A stretch of 60,146 nt of DNA from Fidelibacterota bacterium (lineage in GTDB: Bacteria; Fidelibacterota; Fidelibacteria; Fidelibacterales; DSDE01): assembly GCA_046735395.1 (NCBI GenBank), contig JBJKQR010000009.1, positions 1 to 60,146 on the forward strand, given 5' to 3'. A model generated the notes under the pieces. That model searched no databases. It saw nothing but the letters and a program-made list of their open reading frames with translations, and was not told where the DNA came from. Numbering within the stretch: the first letter of the stretch is position 1; every line of letters starts with the position of its first letter. Positions 29,338-39,691 of this stretch are shown in pieces. The position numbers were made by a program, and so were the translations under genes.

Positions 29338-30119
29338 TGAAAAAAATACTGTATTCAATTCTGATTGCTGCCAGCCTGATTTCCATGGCGAACGCTGCGG
29401 ATGAAAAAGCGTCCGGCATCATGAAGGCCGTTCTCGGAGGTGAATCCTGGACCAGCATGACGGCAGATGTGAAGCTGGTTCTGACAAATTCCCGGGGAGA
29501 GAAGAGAGAACGGGAACTGGCGTTCTACTCCGCCGAGGATGGGAAGGGTTTCAGCCGCCTGCTCATGAGATTCACCGCTCCGGCTGATGTGAAGGGAACC
29601 GGGTTTCTGACTCTGGAAACAGCGTCCGGAACAGATGAGCGCTATCTTTATCTGCCTGCCCGGCGGCGAATATCGAAAATATCCAGCAGTGGCGGCGGCG
29701 GCAATTTCATGTCCAGCGATTTTTCCTATTATGATATCGGAAAACCCGAATACGAGGACTGGACTTATTCCTATCTGGGAGAGAAGGAATATCAGGGGCA
29801 TGCCTGTCATGTGATCGAAGCCCTGCCGGCAAGGAGTGACATTCTGGATGATACAGGCTATGGAAAGATCGAGTACTGGATTGACAAAGATGCCATGCAT
29901 ACGCTGTTTGCGAAATATTACGACGAGAATCTGGCAGGATTGAAAACGCTTGAAGTTCTTGACTATTTCCGGGAGGGCGGCCGGGAATTTGCGGCGGACA
30001 TGCTCATGGTCAATGAGAGCATCGGGCACAGCAGCCGGATGACCTTTACTCATATCAAACTCAATGAGGGCGTGGACGATGCCGTATTCTCACCCCGCTT
30101 TCTGCAGATGGGGCGATAG
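29337..30119 (+). CDS. Outer-membrane lipoprotein-sorting (LolA-like) protein
   Basis: PADVKGTGFL, LYLPARRR, FMSSDFSYYD; typical MMPL partner. Confidence 0.88.
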   Translation: MKKILYSILIAASLISMANAADEKASGIMKAVLGGESWTSMTADVKLVLTNSRGEKRERELAFYSAEDGKGFSRLLMRFTAPADVKGTGFLTLETASGTDERYLYLPARRRISKISSSGGGGNFMSSDFSYYDIGKPEYEDWTYSYLGEKEYQGHACHVIEALPARSDILDDTGYGKIEYWIDKDAMHTLFAKYYDENLAGLKTLEVLDYFREGGREFAADMLMVNESIGHSSRMTFTHIKLNEGVDDAVFSPRFLQMGR

Positions 30120-30121
30120 GC

Positions 30122-31345
30122 ATGAATGGAGTGACCATACTTGGTCTGACGACGCTGAGCCTTGTGTCCACGCTCCTGTGCGGGAGTGAAATGAGTTTGA
30201 ACGGATACAGCAAGGCCTACGCATATCTGGATTATCACAGCGGAGAATACAGTCGTCTCGGAAATCGCTTCCAGACACGTTTTACGGGTGATCAGGGATC
30301 TCATCTGAGCTGGGTAGCCGCCCTGAATTATGATTACGATACGGCTGCAGATCCCAGTCCCGGCCTTGAGATCCGTCCGGTGGAAAGTTATGTGAATCTT
30401 GCCTGGCAGCGGGTGGATCTGACCCTGGGCCGACAGTTTGTCTTCTGGGGCAAGACCAGCTGGATCAATCCCAGCGATGTCATCAATCCCTGGGATTATG
30501 CTCACATTTCATCGGAAATTGAAGATTACCGGATTCCTGTCTGGGCCGTGAATACCCAGGTCTACTGGCCTCAGTTTACCTTTCAGGCAGTGGTTATTCC
30601 GCGTTTCACGCCGGATGTGATACCGTATCCACCCCTGCCGCTCACTCTGCCTGTGACCGATATGAACAATACGCAGCTTGCCCTGCGCTTTCTGTCCTGG
30701 ATCGGGCAGACAGACTGGTCGCTGGGGTATTATCAGGGATTCAATTCCACTCCCGAAATTCGTTTTCGGGGTATGAATATGGACCTTGTCCCTCCGGTTC
30801 CGAATCTGGAACTCTGCTATCGGCCGATTCACATGCTGTCTGCGGATTTTGCCAGAAGCCTGTCCTCCTTCACGATAAAAGGGGAAGCGGCCTGCTTCCT
30901 GACCGATGATAAGGACGGACGGGATCCTCTGATCGGCAATGACCGGATTGAAGCGGTGCTTGGACTGGATTGGGCGCTGAGCGACAAACTGAGCCTGACG
31001 GCCCAGGCCAGCGGCACGTCCTTATTGAACTACGACCGGGAGTTGGAAAGGAAACGGATCGAAGAGATGCATGCCGGGGATTATCTCACAGCATCTCCCC
31101 GGAGAACAAGCAGCCTGTCGGCCATGGTCACTGCCGAAGCACTGCCCTACACGACACTTCAGCTAATTCATGTTTTTCATCGCGATCAGGGTGACAATTT
31201 CAGTCTGGCATTTCTGTCCTGGGATATGATGGACGGCGTCAGCCTGACCGGGGGCCTTCTGTTCTTCAACGGGCCGGCCTCGTCTCCCTTCGGAATGTCA
31301 CGGAATGCGGATACATGTTTCCTGGAAATGAAAGTCTCTTTCTAA
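30122..31345 (+). CDS. Outer-membrane beta-barrel (DUF1302-like)
   Basis: LGRQFVFWG, PSDVINPWD, terminal MKVSF. Confidence 0.75.
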   Translation: MNGVTILGLTTLSLVSTLLCGSEMSLNGYSKAYAYLDYHSGEYSRLGNRFQTRFTGDQGSHLSWVAALNYDYDTAADPSPGLEIRPVESYVNLAWQRVDLTLGRQFVFWGKTSWINPSDVINPWDYAHISSEIEDYRIPVWAVNTQVYWPQFTFQAVVIPRFTPDVIPYPPLPLTLPVTDMNNTQLALRFLSWIGQTDWSLGYYQGFNSTPEIRFRGMNMDLVPPVPNLELCYRPIHMLSADFARSLSSFTIKGEAACFLTDDKDGRDPLIGNDRIEAVLGLDWALSDKLSLTAQASGTSLLNYDRELERKRIEEMHAGDYLTASPRRTSSLSAMVTAEALPYTTLQLIHVFHRDQGDNFSLAFLSWDMMDGVSLTGGLLFFNGPASSPFGMSRNADTCFLEMKVSF

Positions 31346-31451
31346 GGAGCAGCCAGGCTGTGGAATATTTTCTGTAATACCAATATGTCTGAATTATCGG
31401 AATGATTCGGGAAAAGCGGGTCCGTTCATGACCCGGGCCGGGTTTACGGAA

Positions 31452-31928
31452 TTACCGGGGGATACAATCCAGCAGCTTCCGCAGGCCCTTCGCATCCTCC
31501 TCGTCAAAGCGTGCGGTCTCGCGGCTGTCAATATCCAGAACGGCATATACGGATCCGGCGCTGTCGAAGAGGGGCAGAACGATTTCGGAATTTGAACGGC
31601 TGTCGCAGGCGATATGCCCGGGAAATTCGTGGACATTCGGAACAATGACCGCTTCCTTTTTGTTGACCGCCGCCCAGCAGACCCCGTTTCCGGCGGGAAG
31701 AGTCTGACAGGCCAGCGAACCCTGATATGGGCCGACCCTCAGAAAATCCGGTTCGAGAAAATAGAATCCCACCCAGAACACTTCCGGAAGTTTATGATAG
31801 AGAATGGCATTCAGGGTCGCCATGTTTGCCAGCGGATCCGGGTATTTTTTAACCAGTGCGGCGAACTGGTGTGTGAGGCGTTCATAGCGCCCGGCCTTGC
31901 CTCGTGATAATTTCTGTTCGTTTTCCAT
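31452..31928 (-). CDS. msrC: GAF-domain protein, free methionine-R-sulfoxide reductase-like
   Basis: WVGFY, GPYQGSLAC, GVC, FPGHIACD, SEIVLP, VLDIDS; start at MENEQ preferred. Confidence 0.85.
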   Translation of the reverse strand: MENEQKLSRGKAGRYERLTHQFAALVKKYPDPLANMATLNAILYHKLPEVFWVGFYFLEPDFLRVGPYQGSLACQTLPAGNGVCWAAVNKKEAVIVPNVHEFPGHIACDSRSNSEIVLPLFDSAGSVYAVLDIDSRETARFDEEDAKGLRKLLDCIPR

Positions 31929-32074
31929 GATAAAACTTACGATCAAATTTACCCAATAAAAATCCCTTTTCATGAATCTTTACAGGGGTTTCCTCCGGGG
32001 AATTTTAGTAATTTCGCTGCGAAACCGCGGAAAGGGATCACCCTCGTGACAGTATCTGAAAATAAGGCGGCCGG

Positions 32075-32974
32075 ATGAAAAGCCGCATCGTCATAGCCGG
32101 CCTGCTCATGACCATTCTGGTATCCGGCACAAATCTGGCGGGCCGGGCCGCTGCCCTGGAAATCAATCCCTGGGCACTGGTCTTTTTTCGTTATGTGATC
32201 GCCATGATCACCATCCGCATCATGCTGGCACTGCGGGGACGGAAAATCCGCATTGACTGGCGTGATTGGAAGAGCCTGACCTTACTCACCCTGTCCGGCA
32301 TTCTGCTGAACCAGATCTTTTTTGTCTGGGGACTGAAATTCACGGTTCCCAGCCATCCGTCTCTGCTCTATGCAACCACATCCTTCTGGATCATGCTGCT
32401 TCGCTATGCCGTACAGAAGGAAGTCCCGACCCGAAAATTTGTTCTATCTGCCGGGCTGGCGGCTGCCGGCGTCCTGTTTGTTTTCGGTAAAAATCTGCTG
32501 GTGTTCAATGCGGATATCCTGCGCGGAGACAGCATTCTGCTGGCGGCTGTCCTCTCCTGGGCGGTCTATACCGCATTCGGCCAGGAAATGGTCCGGAAAT
32601 ACGGAGCCCTGCAGCTGACCTATATCCTGCTGGGTTTGGGTTCCGCCGTGTACATGATTCCCGGAATACTTTCCATTGCCTCGCTGCATCCGGAACACAT
32701 TTCCCTGACGGCCTGGGGCGGGGTGCTGTATATGGGCGTTTTTACATCCGCCCTGTCCTATGTCCTCTATTATTTTATGTTAAAGCATCTGGCGCCGCAG
32801 AAGCTGGCGCTGCTGATCGCGGCACAGCCACCCATGACGCTGCTGCTCAGCATCCTGGCCGGTTACGAGACATTTCAGGCCAGCCTGATCGTGGGAATCA
32901 TACTGATTATCGCAGCCATTGTGCTGTCAACGGAAACCATTAAGATAAAAGGGAAAAAAAGATGGGCAGCGTAA
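32075..32974 (+). CDS. EamA/DMT family transporter
   Basis: About 10 TMs, FFRY and GDSILLAAVLSWAVY motifs. Confidence 0.9.
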   Translation: MKSRIVIAGLLMTILVSGTNLAGRAAALEINPWALVFFRYVIAMITIRIMLALRGRKIRIDWRDWKSLTLLTLSGILLNQIFFVWGLKFTVPSHPSLLYATTSFWIMLLRYAVQKEVPTRKFVLSAGLAAAGVLFVFGKNLLVFNADILRGDSILLAAVLSWAVYTAFGQEMVRKYGALQLTYILLGLGSAVYMIPGILSIASLHPEHISLTAWGGVLYMGVFTSALSYVLYYFMLKHLAPQKLALLIAAQPPMTLLLSILAGYETFQASLIVGIILIIAAIVLSTETIKIKGKKRWAA

Positions 32975-34017
32975 AAGACCTGGAGATACTGGAGCCGGCC
33001 AGCGAATCATCGACCGGTACGGCGTTATTTCGGTTTTCCGACCGCTACTCGGTGTTTGACTGGGGTGAAATGCCGGATCACATTCCCGGCAAGGGAAAGG
33101 CTCTGAACATGATGAGCGCCTGGAATTTTCTGCAGCTGGAGCAGGAGGGTATGGGAAGCCATTTTCTGTCGCTGTATGAGGATGTGTCCGCACCCCGTTT
33201 TGATGTGACCCGGCCCTCCTCCGTCATGAAGGTGAAAATGACCCGGGTTATTCCCATTCAGAATGAGTATGAACTGTATCGGAATACTTCGGCTCCCCAC
33301 TATCTGATTCCACTGGAAATTATTTTCCGGAACGGACTTCCCAAAGGATCTTCCATGTTCAGGAAGCTGGCGGCTGCGAAGGACGATCCGACGAAGACCC
33401 GGAAGCTGCTGGCCTCTCTCGGGCTCGACAGCATCCCCAATCCCGGTGATATGCTTCCCAAACCTGTTTATGATTTTACCACCAAACTGGAAGCGTCCGA
33501 CCGTGCCCTCAGTGATGACGAGGCTCTGCGCATATCCGGCCTGAGCGAAAGGGCTTTTGCTGACCTTCGTCACCTGGCCGGAAAGGTGAACAGCTTCATT
33601 ACCCGACATGCCGAATCCCGGGGATTCCGGCATTTTGACGGAAAGATTGAAGCCATGTATCATCATGGTGAGATTGTGCTGGTGGATGTACTGGGAACGT
33701 TTGATGAAAACCGGTTTCTGTTTGAGGATGAACAGGTGAGCAAGGAAATCCTGCGTCAGGCCTATATCAAGCTTCAGCCCGATTTTGTGAACGCAGTGGA
33801 TGAGGCAAAAAAAATTGCGGCGGATAAGGGCGAAAAGGAATGGAAACCCTACTGCCGCGTGCAGCCCCGCTCTCTGCCTGCCCGTTTCATCGAGCTCGTA
33901 TCGCAGATCTATCGGAGCGGAGCCAATCAGTATCTGGGCCAGACGGTGTTTCCCGATGTCCCGCCCCTCGCTTCACTCATACCCGAACTGCGGAAGGCAA
34001 AGGAAGAATTAGCCTGA
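32962..34017 (+). CDS. purC: SAICAR synthase, long MGSVKD-type
   Basis: MGSVKDL, FSDRYSVFDWGEMP, IPLEIIFRN, DGKIE, DENRF, SKEILRQ. Confidence 0.9.
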   Translation: MGSVKDLEILEPASESSTGTALFRFSDRYSVFDWGEMPDHIPGKGKALNMMSAWNFLQLEQEGMGSHFLSLYEDVSAPRFDVTRPSSVMKVKMTRVIPIQNEYELYRNTSAPHYLIPLEIIFRNGLPKGSSMFRKLAAAKDDPTKTRKLLASLGLDSIPNPGDMLPKPVYDFTTKLEASDRALSDDEALRISGLSERAFADLRHLAGKVNSFITRHAESRGFRHFDGKIEAMYHHGEIVLVDVLGTFDENRFLFEDEQVSKEILRQAYIKLQPDFVNAVDEAKKIAADKGEKEWKPYCRVQPRSLPARFIELVSQIYRSGANQYLGQTVFPDVPPLASLIPELRKAKEELA

Positions 34018-34076
34018 ATTGCTGTAACTTTTCAGCCGTGAGAGCGACTAACTGAGGAACAAAAAAAGGAGAAATA

Positions 34077-35021
34077 ATGGAAACACCCGTACATAAAGTA
34101 CTGATCATCGGCAGCGGCCCTGCCGGGTTCACCGCCGCAATCTATACAGCCCGCGCAAATCTGTCTCCCATCGTCTTTGAGGGTATGGAGCCGGGCGGAC
34201 AGCTGACCACCACCACTGATGTGGAAAATTATCCCGGATTTCCCGAAGGTGTCACCGGCCCCGAAATGATGGATATGTTCCGGAAACAGGCGGAGCGCTT
34301 CGGCGCCAAGACCATGTTTTCCATTGTCAATAAAGTTGATTTCAGCGAACGTCCCTTCAAGGTCTGGACGGATGACGGAAAAATGCATCTCGGTGAATCG
34401 GTTATTATTTCCACCGGTGCATCGGCCCGCTATCTGGGCCTGGAGTCGGAAAGCCGTCTGAAGGGATACGGCGTGTCAGCCTGTGCCACCTGTGACGGAT
34501 TCTTCTACAAGGAAAAGGATATTGTCGTGGTCGGCGGCGGAGATACGGCGCTGGAGGAAGCACAGTATCTGACCCGTTTCGGAAAGACCGTAACGATCGT
34601 TCATCGTCGTGATGAGTTCCGCGGATCGAAAATCATGGCGGAACGCGTTCTGGCCAATCCGAAAATCAACGTGAAATGGGATTCTGTCGTGGATGAGGTA
34701 CTGGGAAATCAGGATATGGCCGGCGTCACCGGCGTACGGCTGAAAAATGTGAAGAGCGGAGAAACGGAAGACATCAGCTGCTCCGGGTTTTTCGTTGCCA
34801 TCGGGCATAAACCGAATTCGGAAGTATTCAAGGGTTTTATCGATCTGGATGATACCGGATATATCCGGACGAAGCCGGACAGCAGCCGGACCAATGTGGA
34901 GGGCGTGTTTGCCTGCGGTGATGTGAAGGATCCGGTTTATCGCCAGGCCGTGACGGCCGCCGGATCGGGATGTGCCGCAGCCATTGATGCCGAACGCTGG
35001 CTGGAGGCCCAGTCTCTCTGA
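34077..35021 (+). CDS. trxB: Thioredoxin-disulfide reductase
   Basis: IIGSGPAG, CATCDG, GGGDTA, HRRDEFR, FACGDV. Confidence 0.97.
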   Translation: METPVHKVLIIGSGPAGFTAAIYTARANLSPIVFEGMEPGGQLTTTTDVENYPGFPEGVTGPEMMDMFRKQAERFGAKTMFSIVNKVDFSERPFKVWTDDGKMHLGESVIISTGASARYLGLESESRLKGYGVSACATCDGFFYKEKDIVVVGGGDTALEEAQYLTRFGKTVTIVHRRDEFRGSKIMAERVLANPKINVKWDSVVDEVLGNQDMAGVTGVRLKNVKSGETEDISCSGFFVAIGHKPNSEVFKGFIDLDDTGYIRTKPDSSRTNVEGVFACGDVKDPVYRQAVTAAGSGCAAAIDAERWLEAQSL

Positions 35022-35045
35022 GTTCAGTCTGATTAATTCATTCTC

Positions 35046-35071
35046 AGCCCCTGCTTTGTCAGGGGCTTTTT
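35046..35071 (+). terminator. Rho-independent terminator
   Basis: AGCCCCTG-CTTTGT-CAGGGGCT followed by TTTT. Confidence 0.85.
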
Positions 35072-35165
35072 GTATCGGGCTGTTTTGTTCAGCATCAATC
35101 GTCCGCAATGAACCACGACCTATATTTTCATAGATTCGGGGGCCTGACTTTGATAAATTCCGGCA

Positions 35166-37010
35166 ATGGAAAAAATCACGCTCACCATCGGTACGGCAGG
35201 GCATATTGATCATGGAAAATCGTCGCTTGTCAAGGCATTGACGGGGACCGACCCGGACCGCTTCATTGAGGAGCAGGAGCGGGGAATGACGATTGACCTG
35301 GGCTTTGCCTTTTATAAGGATCATATCGCCTTTGTGGACGTGCCGGGCCATGAAAAATTCATCCGCAACATGGTGGCCGGGGTCGCCGGTATGGATCTGG
35401 CCGCTCTCATCATCGCAGCGGATGACGGTATCATGCCCCAGACCGAGGAACATCTGCAGATCCTGCGTCAGCTGGGTGTGAGCCGGGGCTTTGTAGTGAT
35501 GACGAAAATTGACATGGCCGATGATGACTGGCGAGGAATGGTGCGCGAGGATATCCGCGATAAAACAGCCGGAACTTTTCTGGAAGGCTGTGAAATCTTC
35601 GAGACCTCGACGGTGACGGGAGAAGGGCTGGATAGGTTACGAGTTTATCTGGATGCCCTGAATCCGGGTGATTTTCCGCGGCAGGAAGGAAATTTGAAAT
35701 ATTATATAGACCGGGTCTTCAGCCGGAGCGGCTTCGGAACCGTGGTGACGGGAACCCTGTCGGGCCGGCCGCTGCAGAGCAGTGAAAAGCTGTATCTTTA
35801 TCCCGGCGCTGCGGAAGTACCGGTCCGGGGCCTGCATGTGCACGGGGAAGCCGTGACCCGGGCCAATCCCGGCAATCGTACCGCCGTCAACCTCGGCGGA
35901 ATAAAAAAGGATGATCTGTCCCGGGGACATATACTCACGGATCTGTCCGGACTGCCGGTTTCCCGAACCTGGCTGCTGAAACTGGACCATCCCCGGGCCT
36001 GTCTGCTGCAGCATCAGCAGCGTGTCCGCCTGCTGACGGGAACCAGTGAAGTGGTAGGGCGGCTGCGTTTTGATGACAAGTGTGAGGCAGACTATGTTCC
36101 GGCCTTATTCACGGGAGAAAAACTGTTTGCAGCCTTTCCTGATGACCGGGCGATTCTGCGGTCCTATTCTCCCATGATCACTCTGACCGGTGCCCGGCTT
36201 CTGTTTCCGGTATCGCCCGACCGGCGCATCTCCATGAAATTTCTGCGGCAAGCCGGTGACCGGAATGCATTGGAACTGTTTCTCGATCTGGAACAGCGTC
36301 TGCTCAGTGAGGAAGATCTGAAAAGATCGGGATTTGTCATCCCGGATCGCCTGTCCGCCATGCTGGTCCGGTTCGAGGGCCAGCGTTCCCGGCGCTTTCT
36401 CGGTTCCCTGTCCCGGCTGCAGAAGGATGCGGCCAGCTTGCAGGCCAGCCTGGAGCGTGCCCATCGTGATCGTCCCTGGTCGGCGGGAAAACTCCTTCGG
36501 GAACTTGCCCTGCTGCAGGATATTCCCCGGGAGATTCAGTCGGCCTATCTGGAGCAGATTGCGGAGATGGCGGGCGCGGAACTTGCCGGCGACCGGCTGA
36601 GGATGAAGGGATTTGAAGCCCGGCTGGACGGAACCGTAAAACAGGGTGCCGAACAGCTTCTGAGCAGCCTGGATGAATCCGGGTTCAGCCTGCCGTCCCG
36701 GGATGAAATGCTGGCCGTCCTGAACTCCGGAAGCGGACGTGCCGCGGATGTCATTGATTTTCTGATCGAGGGGGGACGTCTTATCCCTCTTGCTCAGGAT
36801 ATGTTTATCACGGATGATGCGCGCAGCCGATTGCGGCGTGTACTGACTGACAGTTTCAGGAATTCCGAATCCTTGAGTGTTGCCGATGTGCGCGATGCTC
36901 TCGGTGTCAGCCGGAAATATGCCGTTCCCATTCTGGAATACAGCGACCGCCTGGGCTGGACGGAGCGCAGCGGTGATGAACGGCGGAAGGGAAGCGCGCT
37001 GGATGACTGA
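35166..37010 (+). CDS. selB: Selenocysteine-specific elongation factor
   Basis: [29 protein letters not shown]-terminal winged helix [13 protein letters not shown]. Confidence 0.95.
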   Translation: MEKITLTIGTAGHIDHGKSSLVKALTGTDPDRFIEEQERGMTIDLGFAFYKDHIAFVDVPGHEKFIRNMVAGVAGMDLAALIIAADDGIMPQTEEHLQILRQLGVSRGFVVMTKIDMADDDWRGMVREDIRDKTAGTFLEGCEIFETSTVTGEGLDRLRVYLDALNPGDFPRQEGNLKYYIDRVFSRSGFGTVVTGTLSGRPLQSSEKLYLYPGAAEVPVRGLHVHGEAVTRANPGNRTAVNLGGIKKDDLSRGHILTDLSGLPVSRTWLLKLDHPRACLLQHQQRVRLLTGTSEVVGRLRFDDKCEADYVPALFTGEKLFAAFPDDRAILRSYSPMITLTGARLLFPVSPDRRISMKFLRQAGDRNALELFLDLEQRLLSEEDLKRSGFVIPDRLSAMLVRFEGQRSRRFLGSLSRLQKDAASLQASLERAHRDRPWSAGKLLRELALLQDIPREIQSAYLEQIAEMAGAELAGDRLRMKGFEARLDGTVKQGAEQLLSSLDESGFSLPSRDEMLAVLNSGSGRAADVIDFLIEGGRLIPLAQDMFITDDARSRLRRVLTDSFRNSESLSVADVRDALGVSRKYAVPILEYSDRLGWTERSGDERRKGSALDD

Positions 37011-37090
37011 TCGTTTTAAATACAAAGGCACGGTGACTGGTATTAGCCGGGCCTTGACATTCACCCCTGTGAAGGATTAAGTTTCACCCC

Positions 37091-39691
37091 ATGTCCTCTG
37101 CAGCGAAACCCAAGACCACACCCCTGATGCGCCAGTATTACGGCGTGAAGGAAAAGCATCCGGACAAGATTCTTCTGTTCCGGATGGGTGATTTTTATGA
37201 AACTTTCGAGGAAGACGCGAAAACCGCGTCCCGGGTGCTGGGCATTACACTGACCCGACGCAGCAATGGGGCCGCGGGCGAAACACCCCTGGCGGGATTT
37301 CCGCACCACGCCCTGGATTCCTATCTGCACAAACTGCTCAAGGCCGGGCTGAAGGTGGCCATCTGTGAACAGCTGGAGGATCCGAAACTGGCCAAAGGCA
37401 TCGTGAAACGGGACATTACTGAAATCGTCACGCCGGGGACGGCGGTGAATGATAAGTACCTGGATACGTCGGAGAATAATTTTCTGGGCGCCGTACAGAT
37501 CTCGGAGTCGGGGACGGACTACTGCTTCTGTGATGTGAGCACGGGACAGTTCAATTATCTTCGGGGCAGCCGGGACAAGATCATCAGTTTTATCGAATCG
37601 GGCCCGCCGGCCGAACTGCTCTGCCCGGAAGGACAGGCGCTGCAGGTCGGGAAATTGCTGCCCTATTACAAGGGGCTCATCACCGAACAGGATTCGTGGA
37701 TATTTGACCGCGTCTATGCGGGTGACATGATCCGGGGACAGTTTCAGCTTCAGACTCTCCGGGGCCTTGGCCTGGAGGACGATGACCCGGTTCTGCCCGT
37801 CATCGGGGCAGTGCTGCATTACCTGAAGGAGAATTTTCGCCGGAATCTGGGCCATATCAATACCATCCGCCAGCTTCAGCTGGATGACATCGTGGGACTG
37901 GATCAGTACAGTCTGAGAAATCTGGAAATCTTCCGGAGGCTTTCGGGTGAAAGCGGGGAAGGGACCCTGATCTGGGCTCTGGACTATACCATGAGCGCCA
38001 TGGGGTCGCGCTATCTGCGTCAATGGCTGGTGCAGCCGCTCCGGGACAAAGCGGAAATCATGCGACGGCTGGACCGGGTGGAACGATTTGTATCCAGGGG
38101 CGGAGAACGGGAGGAATTGCGGGCTAAACTACGTGAAATGGCTGATCTGGAACGGCTGGGCGCCCGGCTGGGGGCAGGAAAGCTGAATCCCCGCGAGTGC
38201 ATGCAGATGAAACGGAGCTGCGAACGGGCCCTGGAAATTCAGGAACTGCTCGCCGACGATGCGTATTTCGCCTACCGGGACAGTGACGCGATCCGGAATC
38301 TGATCCGCCTGATCAATGATGCGCTTGAGGATGAGCCCCCTGTGCAGATCTCCGATGGCGGGGTGTTCCGGACAGGCTGGCATCCCGATCTGGAGGAACT
38401 GCGGAATATTGCCCACCATGGCAAAGACTATCTCGTCAGCCTGCAGGAAAAGGAACGGGCGGCGCTGGGTATTCCCTCTCTGAAAATTTCCTACAACCGG
38501 GTCTTCGGGTACTATATTGAAATTACACGGACGCATGGTGACAAGGTTCCGGATACCTATATCCGGAAACAGACACTGGCCAACGCGGAGCGCTACATCA
38601 CACCTGAGCTCAAGGAATACGAAGACCGGATTCTGCATGCGGAAGAGCGGCTGCTTGAGCTGGAAAGCCGGCTTTATGGTGAATTGCTGGAAACCCTGCA
38701 GGAAAGTATTCCGCTGCTGCAGGATATGGCATTCAAACTGGCGGCGGCCGACATTCTCTCATCTCTCGCTGAACTGGCGACACGGAATAAGTGGGTGAGG
38801 CCGGAGATTGCCGCTGACACGCGCCTAACCATTCACGAGGGGCGTCATCCTGTCGTGGAAGCATTACTGCCTCCCGGGGAGCGCTTTATTCCCAATGACC
38901 TCGAAATGGATACGGACACGAATCAGATTCTCATCATCACCGGCCCGAACATGGCCGGAAAGTCCACCTACCTCCGTCAGATCGGAATTATTACCCTGCT
39001 GGCCCAGATCGGGTCTTTCGTGCCCGCCGGCAGCGCGCATATCGGGCTGGTGGATAAAATTTTCACCCGGGTGGGCGCCAGTGACAATCTTGCCTTCGGC
39101 GAAAGCACCTTTCTCACGGAAATGATCGAAACCGCGAATATTCTGAATACGGCCAGTGAACGAAGCCTCATCCTGCTGGACGAGATCGGCCGCGGAACCT
39201 CCACCTACGACGGCCTGTCCATTGCCTGGGCGGTGGTGGAATACATTCATAACAACCGGGCCATGGCTGCCCGGACTCTTTTTGCCACCCATTATCACGA
39301 ACTGACGGAATTGGAAAAGCTGCTTCCCGGCGTGAAGAATTACAATGTGGCTGTCAAGGAATACGGTGATAAAATCGTGTTCCTGCGGAAGATCGTGCCC
39401 GGCGGCGCTGACAAGAGTTATGGAATCTACGTGGCTCAGATGGCCGGACTGCCGTCCGAAATCATTACCCGCGCCAATGATATTCTGTTCAGCCTCAGTT
39501 CGCCGGATCATGCCCTGCCGGATGGAAAAAGGGTGGTGAGGGCGCGGATTCGTGAAGAGAAGAATTTTCAGCTGAATATCTTCCAGGCGGAAGAACATGA
39601 AATTGTGAAAACAGTGAAGGATCTTGAAGTGGAGCGGATGACGCCGCTGGAGGCCCTGCAGAAACTGGATGAATTGAAGAAGAAACTATGA
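37091..39691 (+). CDS. mutS: DNA mismatch repair protein MutS
   Basis: TPLMRQY, FRMGDFYE, TGPNMAGKST, DEIGRGTST, ATHYHEL. Confidence 0.97.
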   Translation: MSSAAKPKTTPLMRQYYGVKEKHPDKILLFRMGDFYETFEEDAKTASRVLGITLTRRSNGAAGETPLAGFPHHALDSYLHKLLKAGLKVAICEQLEDPKLAKGIVKRDITEIVTPGTAVNDKYLDTSENNFLGAVQISESGTDYCFCDVSTGQFNYLRGSRDKIISFIESGPPAELLCPEGQALQVGKLLPYYKGLITEQDSWIFDRVYAGDMIRGQFQLQTLRGLGLEDDDPVLPVIGAVLHYLKENFRRNLGHINTIRQLQLDDIVGLDQYSLRNLEIFRRLSGESGEGTLIWALDYTMSAMGSRYLRQWLVQPLRDKAEIMRRLDRVERFVSRGGEREELRAKLREMADLERLGARLGAGKLNPRECMQMKRSCERALEIQELLADDAYFAYRDSDAIRNLIRLINDALEDEPPVQISDGGVFRTGWHPDLEELRNIAHHGKDYLVSLQEKERAALGIPSLKISYNRVFGYYIEITRTHGDKVPDTYIRKQTLANAERYITPELKEYEDRILHAEERLLELESRLYGELLETLQESIPLLQDMAFKLAAADILSSLAELATRNKWVRPEIAADTRLTIHEGRHPVVEALLPPGERFIPNDLEMDTDTNQILIITGPNMAGKSTYLRQIGIITLLAQIGSFVPAGSAHIGLVDKIFTRVGASDNLAFGESTFLTEMIETANILNTASERSLILLDEIGRGTSTYDGLSIAWAVVEYIHNNRAMAARTLFATHYHELTELEKLLPGVKNYNVAVKEYGDKIVFLRKIVPGGADKSYGIYVAQMAGLPSEIITRANDILFSLSSPDHALPDGKRVVRARIREEKNFQLNIFQAEEHEIVKTVKDLEVERMTPLEALQKLDELKKKL

